Shown: one piece after another, positions 1 to 4,538 of the stretch
Position numbering within the stretch: the stretch's first letter is position 1
Layout: every line of letters begins with the position of its first letter
Origin: a virus
Lineage: Duplodnaviria > Heunggongvirae > Uroviricota > Caudoviricetes
DNA length: 4,538 nucleotides
IMG/VR virus record: IMGVR_UViG_2734482587_000007
Direction: 5' to 3' (one strand)
Translations under genes and position numbers: made by a program
The notes under the pieces: generated by a model
The model's database searches: none
Told to the model about the DNA's origin: nothing
The model's input: the letters and a program-made list of their open reading frames with translations, nothing else

Positions 1-55
1 GTCTGGGGAATATCTCCCCGGCAGCCTTCAGGGAAAAATATCATCAGATGGCTGC

Positions 56-409
56 TTAAAAAAAGAACAAATGGTAGTGTCCGCTATTGCCAGTACACCT
101 CAATTGCTCTGCGGCTTCGCTCAGAGCTGGCGTATGTTCCCGGCCTACTGATTCACACAGGTAATCAACGAAACCGGACACCAGTTTTCGTTCGCGAGGC
201 GTGATCGCCCCACCGACCGGAGTCCAGTAATCGAAACCCAGTTGCAGGAGTTTGAAAAAACGCTTGTGGAATGCGTAGTTACACACACGCTTAAAGTCTG
301 CGTGTATCCACTCACCTATTTTGATTTGATGCAGAAAATCGCAACTCTCCGGCGTCGCCGGGAGAAGTAATCCGGAAGAGGTTTGTTTGACCAGTTGTAT
401 ATGTGCCAT
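56..409 (-). CDS. hypothetical phage protein (117 aa), second gene of a two-gene unit
   Basis: Complete minus-strand ORF. ATG at 409-407 is preceded by GGAG about 8 nt upstream on the coding strand; stop TAA at 58-56. The ORF track's 56..451 version starts at an upstream TTG, which I consider less likely. No family recognised by eye. Confidence 0.5.
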   Translation of the reverse strand: MAHIQLVKQTSSGLLLPATPESCDFLHQIKIGEWIHADFKRVCNYAFHKRFFKLLQLGFDYWTPVGGAITPRERKLVSGFVDYLCESVGREHTPALSEAAEQLRCTGNSGHYHLFFF

Positions 410-447
410 CGGCTTTCTCCGGTGGCACGGTGTTACACAGCAGGAGT

Positions 448-735
448 TCAATCCTGCTCAAGATTGTAGATGAGTTTATTCTTCAGCAAAAGCAGAAAAC
501 CAGCCTTAAAACCAATCTCTTTCAAAACCCGTAATGATGTGACAAATTCGTCCTCACGCAAAATAAAACCGTCCGTCAGAAGTCCATTACAAAAATAAAA
601 TAACACAGCACCGCTCTTCCTTTGTTGAGATTGCAAACATCTAATGCGGCAATGGCTGACAATCGCTCCATTCTCAACGCGCACAGCATAGAGGCCATTT
701 TCACTAAAAATTTCACGCAATTCTTCGATTTTCAT
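448..735 (-). CDS. hypothetical phage protein (95 aa)
   Basis: Complete minus-strand ORF with ATG at 735-733 and a purine-rich GGAAGGA upstream; stop TGA at 450-448. Ends 38 bp before the next gene's start on the same strand. No family recognised. Confidence 0.5.
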   Translation of the reverse strand: MKIEELREIFSENGLYAVRVENGAIVSHCRIRCLQSQQRKSGAVLFYFCNGLLTDGFILREDEFVTSLRVLKEIGFKAGFLLLLKNKLIYNLEQD

Positions 736-816
736 CTTCAGAATCCTTCCAGATAAATAGCTCTCCCCTGTTCGGGGTCCATCCCTCTTCTCCCTGCGCG
801 CTACTTAAGTGAGTCG

Positions 817-844
817 ATTCTATCTGCGAAGGTGCGCGAATCAA
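817..844 (-). promoter_or_regulatory. putative sigma70 promoter for the 735..56 gene pair
   Basis: On the minus strand: TTGATT (844-839), 16-nt spacer, TAGAAT (822-817). It lies between the hok terminator and the ATG at 735. Hexamer match only; not tested. Confidence 0.3.
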
Positions 845-864
845 ATTCACCGGAAATAAACAAC

Positions 865-907
865 AAAAAACCCGCCGAAACGCTGAGAGATCACAGCGAT
901 GGGCGGG
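865..907 (-). terminator. rho-independent terminator at the 3' end of the hok mRNA
   Basis: On the minus strand a two-part GC stem (GGCGGG 907-902 with CCCGCC 876-871, inner CAGCG/CGCTG 899-895 with 885-881) is followed by a U run (plus-strand A6 at 865-870). It lies about 80 nt after the hok stop. Confidence 0.55.
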
Positions 908-984
908 TTAAGTGCGGGTGCGTTGAGGATGCCTGACACATCAGAGGTGGGCGGGGATGGGATCAGCTCCCCGCCCGGTCACTC

Positions 985-1140
985 TTACTTCCTGGATTCG
1001 TAGTCTACGAAGACAGCGACCTCCGTCTGGCCGGTTCGGATTCGTACCTCACAGAGGTCTTTCCTCGTTACCAGTGCCGTCACTATGACGGTTAAACAGA
1101 TGACGATCAGGGCGATTAACATCGCCTTTTGCTGCTTCAT
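985..1140 (-). CDS. hok: Hok/Gef-family type I toxin (51 aa)
   Basis: Translation is MKQQKAMLIALIVICLTVIVTALVTRKDLCEVRIRTGQTEVAVFVDYESRK. This has the Hok/Gef single transmembrane helix and the conserved RKDLCEV..R.GQTEVA core, and is closest to HokD/RelF as I recall it, with a different C-terminal tail. ATG at 1140-1138, stop TAA at 987-985. Confidence 0.9.
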   Translation of the reverse strand: MKQQKAMLIALIVICLTVIVTALVTRKDLCEVRIRTGQTEVAVFVDYESRK

Positions 1141-1197
1141 AGCCTGCTTCTCCTTGCCTTTCGGCATGTAAGAGGCTAACCTACATGTGCAAAGCAT
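985..1197 (-). CDS. mok: Mok-like in-frame leader ORF (70 aa) overlapping hok
   Basis: An in-frame upstream ATG at 1197-1195 gives MLCTCRLASYMPKGKEKQA followed by Hok, resembling the chromosomal mokC/hokC arrangement as I recall it. GAGG lies about 9 nt upstream. Confidence 0.55.
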   Translation of the reverse strand: MLCTCRLASYMPKGKEKQAMKQQKAMLIALIVICLTVIVTALVTRKDLCEVRIRTGQTEVAVFVDYESRK

Positions 1198-1250
1198 GAA
1201 ATTGGCCTCAGATTAATGTTAAGCGTCTTGCCGGACGCGTAATGTTAACT
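1188..1250 (+). ncRNA. sok: putative Sok-like antisense RNA (approximate ends)
   Basis: Inferred from locus architecture: the antisense RNA should cover the mok start/SD (ATG 1197-1195, SD near 1207-1210). A weak plus-strand promoter is TTGCCT 1154-1159, 17 nt, TAACCT 1177-1182. A GC hairpin sits at 1223-1238. No clear U-tract terminator was found, so the 3' end is a guess. Confidence 0.3.
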
Positions 1251-1316
1251 GGGGCTTTTCTCTATCTGCCTTTTGGTGTTCATGCCTGAAGCAGATAGCC
1301 TCAAGCACCCGCAGTC

Positions 1317-1346
1317 ATTCTACTTACCTCGCCAATATGAAATCAA
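1317..1346 (-). promoter_or_regulatory. putative sigma70 promoter of the hok mRNA
   Basis: On the minus strand: TTGATT (1346-1341), 18-nt spacer, TAGAAT (1322-1317). The predicted start near 1310 yields a 5' end GGGUGCUUGAGGCUAUCUGC, which resembles the hok mRNA 5' end of plasmid R1 as I recall it. Confidence 0.45.
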
Positions 1347-1367
1347 TCAGAAAGGTGCCCCATAAAA

Positions 1368-2054
1368 TCACTCCTTCTCTTCTTTACCGTAGTGGAGTTG
1401 ACCAATTTTGATAAGAGGGCGTCCCTGAGATTTGCGGTGTAGATTGGTATCGCGCAGAGAATACACACAGCCACAATATTCCTGCTGATAGAATTTTTCG
1501 CGCTTGCTGATTTCAATCATACGGGACGAGCCGCCCTGCTTGCGCCAGTTATAATCCCAGTACACCATGCCCGGATAATGCGCGACGGCTCGCCGCCCAC
1601 AGTCGTTAACCTGCTGCATATTTTTCCAGCGTGAAATGCCCAGTGAACTGCTGATCACACTGAAACCATTTTCAGCGGCGTACAGCGCTGTCCGCTCAAA
1701 ACGCATGTCAAAACACATGGTGCAACGGATCCCTCGTTCGGGCTCCCATTCCATTCCTTTGGCTCGTTCAAACCAGTTGTCTGTGTCGTAATCAGCATCA
1801 ATAAACGGCACGCCGTGTTGTTCAGCAAAGCGAATATTCTCATCCTTACGAATTAAATACTCTTTCTGAGGATGAATGTTCGGGTTGTAGAAAAAGATGG
1901 TGTAGTCGATTCCCGAGGCCTGAAGCGCCTCCATCACCTCACCGGAACATGGAGCACAGCAAGAGTGCAGTAGTAGTTTGTTTGCCCCGTTTGGGAGCTC
2001 CAATTTGGGCCGTTTGAAATCAGCAACTGTCATAAATATGTTTATTGGGGTCAT
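1368..2054 (-). CDS. queH: QueH-like protein (DUF208, epoxyqueuosine reductase family), 228 aa
   Basis: The translation contains [11 protein letters not shown] near the N-terminus, CTMC mid-protein and EYCGCVYS near the C-terminus, the cysteine pattern I associate with DUF208/QueH. ATG at 2054-2052 (alternative ATG at 2033), stop TGA at 1370-1368. Assigned from motif recall only. Confidence 0.7.
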   Translation of the reverse strand: MTPINIFMTVADFKRPKLELPNGANKLLLHSCCAPCSGEVMEALQASGIDYTIFFYNPNIHPQKEYLIRKDENIRFAEQHGVPFIDADYDTDNWFERAKGMEWEPERGIRCTMCFDMRFERTALYAAENGFSVISSSLGISRWKNMQQVNDCGRRAVAHYPGMVYWDYNWRKQGGSSRMIEISKREKFYQQEYCGCVYSLRDTNLHRKSQGRPLIKIGQLHYGKEEKE

Positions 2055-2201
2055 AAAAATATCAAAGAGTGTAGCATTAGAACGGGGCTATCGGAAACAG
2101 ATGTGTGACTGCTCCCCGCCCTTTCGGGTGGTCTCCTGATGATTTGAGGGTGCAGAAATCCCTCCGGTTAAGGATTAAATTTTTAACAGTGCTAAATTTA
2201 A

Positions 2202-2558
2202 TTATTCAGTTCTGGATTTTGTCGCCCTGCGTATCCGCGCTTTCGCGTTACGCTCAATCTGTATCAGCTTTTCTATATTTCTCCGCCTTTCCTGTTCCTC
2301 CTGGCGCAATAGCCTTACATCATCTGCCAGTCTGGTTTCTCTTTTTGCCACAGAGAGCATCCAGTCAAACGGCTCCACAACCGCACCGCAGATTTTACAG
2401 CGGACCTGACGCTCTTTTTCGTCAACCCGTACAGAGGCGTGATGGCAATATGGTCTTTCCGATGGCTCATAAAGAAAATTAACCTGATTACGAGGGTCAT
2501 CCTCTTTTACCGGAAATAAAACGATATTGCTTAACTCATCTTCTGGTTTTATTTCCAT
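2202..2558 (-). CDS. hypothetical protein with putative Zn-ribbon (C-H-H...C-x2-C) and basic, coiled-coil-like C-terminus (118 aa)
   Basis: ATG at 2558-2556 with AAGGAG 6 nt upstream. An alternative in-frame ATG at 2615-2613 directly abuts the upstream gene's TGA (2618-2616) and would add 19 residues. The protein contains YCHHASV...RCKICG followed by an R/E/K-rich tail. Confidence 0.55.
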   Translation of the reverse strand: MEIKPEDELSNIVLFPVKEDDPRNQVNFLYEPSERPYCHHASVRVDEKERQVRCKICGAVVEPFDWMLSVAKRETRLADDVRLLRQEEQERRRNIEKLIQIERNAKARIRRATKSRTE

Positions 2559-2615
2559 GCTCCTCTCCTTTGATGCGAATGCCAGCGGTAATTGAAGCCT
2601 GATAGCTAATTTCAT

Positions 2616-3038
2616 TCACAGTATCGCCTCCTGAAAATTACCCTGATAGAAAGCCAGTACACGCTGCATAGCTTCGCTCTTCCGGCACTCGCGACAGATT
2701 ATATTCAGGCGCCTGTCGTAGCGGCGTATTTCTCCGTCAGGTAATGACCAGATAAGGTCCGGATCAACAACAACCGGTTTCCTCACCTTTACTCTCGAGA
2801 GTTTTTTGCGGGCGCTTTGCCAGTCCTTGCGAGCCTGTTCAGACGGGAATAAGCCGTAGCCAGAATTATATACATCACCACTTGCGACCAGTTCTATGCA
2901 TAAGCGACCGACAGACGCACGACTGATACCTGTTTCATCTGACAACTGCCGAATCGTGACCCGACCGTCCTGATGCACGAGTTCCACAATTCGCGTCTTC
3001 AGTTCTTCCCGCTGTTCGGGAGTAAAAGGTTTCGCCAT
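2616..3038 (-). CDS. hypothetical small DNA-binding protein with putative HTH/winged-helix N-terminus (140 aa)
   Basis: ATG at 3038-3036 with AGGAGG 5 nt upstream; stop TGA at 2618-2616. The segment TIRQLSDETGISRASVGRLCIELVASG looks like a helix-turn-helix. It starts 14 bp after the DnaC-like stop. Confidence 0.65.
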   Translation of the reverse strand: MAKPFTPEQREELKTRIVELVHQDGRVTIRQLSDETGISRASVGRLCIELVASGDVYNSGYGLFPSEQARKDWQSARKKLSRVKVRKPVVVDPDLIWSLPDGEIRRYDRRLNIICRECRKSEAMQRVLAFYQGNFQEAIL

Positions 3039-3052
3039 AAATCCTCCTGAAA

Positions 3053-3769
3053 CTACTTAACAACCCTCGAATGGCTAACATTCGGACGCCAGCTCTCCCA
3101 GTTAAAATTCACCCAGCGCCCGNNNNNNNNNNNNNNNNNNNNNNNNNNNNNNNNNNNNNNNNNNNNNNNNNNNNNNNNNNNNNNNNNNNNNNNNNNNNNN
3201 NNNNNNNNNNNNNNNNNNNNNNNNNNNNNNNNNNNNNNNNNNNNNNNNNNNNNNNNNNNNNNNNNNNNNNNNNNNNNNNNNNNNNNNNNNNNNNNNNNNN
3301 NNNNNNNNNNNNNNNNNNNNNNNNNNNNNNNNNNNNNNNNNNNNNNNNNNNNNNNNNNNNNNNNNNNNNNNNNNNNNNNNNNNNNNNNNNNNNNNNNNNN
3401 NNNNNNGATAGCTGCCGCTAAGTGATTCTTCCCGGTACCAGGTTTTCCGCTGAACGCAAAATTTGTACACCCGGTCATCAGTTCATCGGCGATGGATTTC
3501 GCCTGGCTTAACGCGTATCGCTGGCCGTCGTTCTGCACCTGGTAATTCGCAAACGAGCATTTACGGTGCAACGGCTGGATGCCTGAGCGATTCAGAATTT
3601 TTTCCACCCGCAACTGGCGATTCAGGCGGTTGATCTCCTCGCTACGTTTCTGGCCTTCAGCAAGTTGCCACTCGCGCCACTCCGCTACCGTTCTGAATGG
3701 GGCGGTTACATGTGGCGGGGTCAGTCGGCGGATGCGTTCCAGAACGCCGCCTGTCGCAATATTTTTCAT
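3053..3769 (-). CDS. phage DnaC-like helicase loader (IstB/DnaC AAA+ family), interrupted by an N gap
   Basis: The N-terminal 120 aa, including FSGKPGTGKNHLAAAI (Walker A), aligns by eye with E. coli DnaC. ATG at 3769-3767, 6 bp after the initiator stop. The middle of the gene is an N run (3123-3406), so the real length and frame continuity to the stop TAG at 3055-3053 cannot be verified. Confidence 0.8.
   Translation of the reverse strand: MKNIATGGVLERIRRLTPPHVTAPFRTVAEWREWQLAEGQKRSEEINRLNRQLRVEKILNRSGIQPLHRKCSFANYQVQNDGQRYALSQAKSIADELMTGCTNFAFSGKPGTGKNHLAAAIXXXXXXXXXXXXXXXXXXXXXXXXXXXXXXXXXXXXXXXXXXXXXXXXXXXXXXXXXXXXXXXXXXXXXXXXXXXXXXXXXXXXXXXXXXXXXXXGRWVNFNWESWRPNVSHSRVVK
3123..3406. other. 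assembly gap or masked block (284 N)
   Basis: Uninterrupted run of n inside the DnaC-like gene. Confidence 1.
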
Positions 3770-4123
3770 GGTCCGTTACCCCCTGAAGCCTGGCGGGATC
3801 GCACTGTCCGGCAACGAGACGGTGTTAACCTGTCGGAGCAACGTCTCAGGCCGAACACCTTTCGGCGCGAACAGGCCCTGGTATTCATTGGCGATGCTGT
3901 GTCGAATCACCTGCTCAGGTGTAAAACCCTGCTGACGGAATTTTTCCAGTTCCCGTATCGCCCCGTTAGCGCCCTGCTCCGTTCGAATCGGTTTTCGCAA
4001 TGCCTGTCTGAACCGGACCCACTCATGCCAGAGTGTTTCCGGCAACCAATCGGGCAGCTCAATAGCCTCCGGCTCGAATTTTTTAGACGCTCGTTTTTGG
4101 CGAGGGGGAGATCAGTATTTAGA

Positions 4124-4144
4124 TCTTCCTCTTCCTCTTCCTCT
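4124..4144. repeat. hexanucleotide repeat (TCTTCC)3 encoding a poly-Glu stretch
   Basis: tcttcctcttcctcttcctct at 4124-4144; on the minus strand, in the linker frame, it reads GAG GAA repeated (EEEEEE). Confidence 0.9.
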
Positions 4145-4168
4145 GGTAACGCTTTTTGATCCGTTTGT

Positions 4169-4187
4169 GTAACGCTGGCAGCGTTAC
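4169..4187. promoter_or_regulatory. 19-bp palindrome GTAACGC-TGGCA-GCGTTAC, putative initiator-binding iteron
   Basis: Perfect 9-1-9 dyad read directly from the sequence, located in the linker-coding part of the initiator gene. Related half-sites: GTAACGC at 4146-4152 and an everted pair GTTAC (4214-4218) / GTAAC (4229-4233). Confidence 0.45.
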
Positions 4188-4375
4188 CTTTTCGTTTCAG
4201 TTCGCGTATTTTTGTTACTCGCTCGTTTGTAACCGCCCGTTTTTTTTAGAGCTTTTTCCGTTATGACGTTCAAAGTTAGGTAGAGAAAGCCCTCCGTCAT
4301 TTTCGACCAGCCATCCAACCTGAATTAACGCATCAGCAAAACCAGACATAAAAGTGATGCGATCTATTGCACTTT

Positions 4376-4398
4376 TTGTAACGCCGCGAGCGTTACAA
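4376..4398. promoter_or_regulatory. 23-bp palindrome TTGTAACGC-CGCGA-GCGTTACAA, second copy of the same dyad
   Basis: Perfect 9-5-9 dyad with the same GTAACGC/GCGTTAC arms, about 209 bp from the first copy and inside the initiator N-terminal coding region. Confidence 0.45.
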
Positions 4399-4538
4399 TC
4401 TGCATTACCGTCTATCATTTGTTGATCCGCCCATGCCCAGAAGCGAATAACCTGAGGTAGCCTGAGTTTAACGGACACTCCTTCCTGAAATAGAATGGCA
4501 TCAGAAGGAGCTAATAATGAGCAGAAAAACCCAACGTT

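Larger units (their letters stand above)
3776..4538 (-). pseudogene. lambda-O-like replication initiator; 5' end beyond the window; frame broken twice (possible sequencing artefacts)
   Basis: N-terminal frame is open from the window edge to stop 4217-4215; it contains DRIT and GG..LPNFERHNGKSSKK, which resemble the lambda O N-terminal domain as I recall it. A middle frame (4245-4046) encodes an acidic linker with EEEEEED. A third frame (4111-3776) encodes the C-terminal part and ends at TAA 3778-3776, 6 bp before the DnaC-like ATG. Joining the three needs two -1 corrections. Confidence 0.6.

Noticed and set aside
1-55. Hairpins at 5-19 and 21-54 downstream of the last gene as a terminator
   Set aside because: Any U-tract would lie beyond the left edge of the window, so it cannot be confirmed.
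56-451. Longer 131-aa version of the last ORF from the six-frame track
   Set aside because: It starts at a TTG with no RBS; the internal ATG at 409 has a GGAG at proper spacing.
1655-1843. Minus-strand 62-aa ORF inside the QueH-like gene
   Set aside because: Out-of-frame internal ORF nested within a gene that has conserved motifs.
2114-2129. Hairpin CCGCCC-TTTC-GGGTGG as a terminator
   Set aside because: No U-tract follows on either strand, and on the minus strand (the transcribed one) the stem has an A-C mismatch.
2105-2482. Plus-strand ORF of 125 aa
   Set aside because: Antisense to the better-supported minus-strand Zn-ribbon gene and the intergenic gap; no RBS; low-complexity, proline-rich translation.
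2315-2500. Minus-strand 61-aa ORF
   Set aside because: Out-of-frame overlap with the 2202..2558 gene; no independent support.
3071-3470. ORFs 3071..3421 (+) and 3102..3470 (-) spanning the N run
   Set aside because: Their length is created by translating N as X; there is no real sequence support.
3579-4159. Plus-strand ORFs 3579..3935 and 3665..4159
   Set aside because: Both lie antisense to the DnaC-like and initiator coding regions, which have recognisable motifs; the poly-Ser tail is just the antisense reading of the (TCTTCC)3 repeat.
4501-4538. Plus-strand GAAGGAG followed 6 nt later by ATG at 4517, running off the window
   Set aside because: It would be antisense within the initiator reading frame, which stays open to the window edge and resembles the lambda O N-terminus. 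Only 7 codons are visible, so a divergent gene cannot be excluded but is not supported.
1-4538. CRISPR arrays, tRNA/rRNA genes, IS elements or transposase/integrase
   Set aside because: No regularly spaced direct repeats, no cloverleaf-like or rRNA-like segments, and no ORF with recombinase or transposase motifs were found in the readable sequence.

Overview
The window reads as part of the replication-to-nin region of a lambdoid (phi80/Rac-like) enterobacterial prophage, with every supported gene on the minus strand (transcribed right to left). In transcription order: an O-like replication initiator that enters from the right edge, has its reading frame broken twice at homopolymer runs and carries a cluster of GTAACGC-N5-GCGTTAC palindromes that look like origin iterons; a DnaC-like helicase loader whose centre is hidden by a 284-nt N run; a small HTH protein; a small Zn-ribbon/coiled-coil protein; a 147-bp non-coding gap; a QueH-like (DUF208) protein; a complete hok/mok/sok type I toxin-antitoxin cassette with its own promoter, terminator and 5'/3' fold-back complementarity; and a promoter-led pair of unrecognised small genes. 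No rRNA, tRNA, CRISPR array or transposase was seen. The most interesting items are the prophage-borne QueH-like gene, the palindrome cluster inside the initiator gene, and the two uncharacterised small-gene pairs. All family assignments come from motif recall and gene context, not from a database search.
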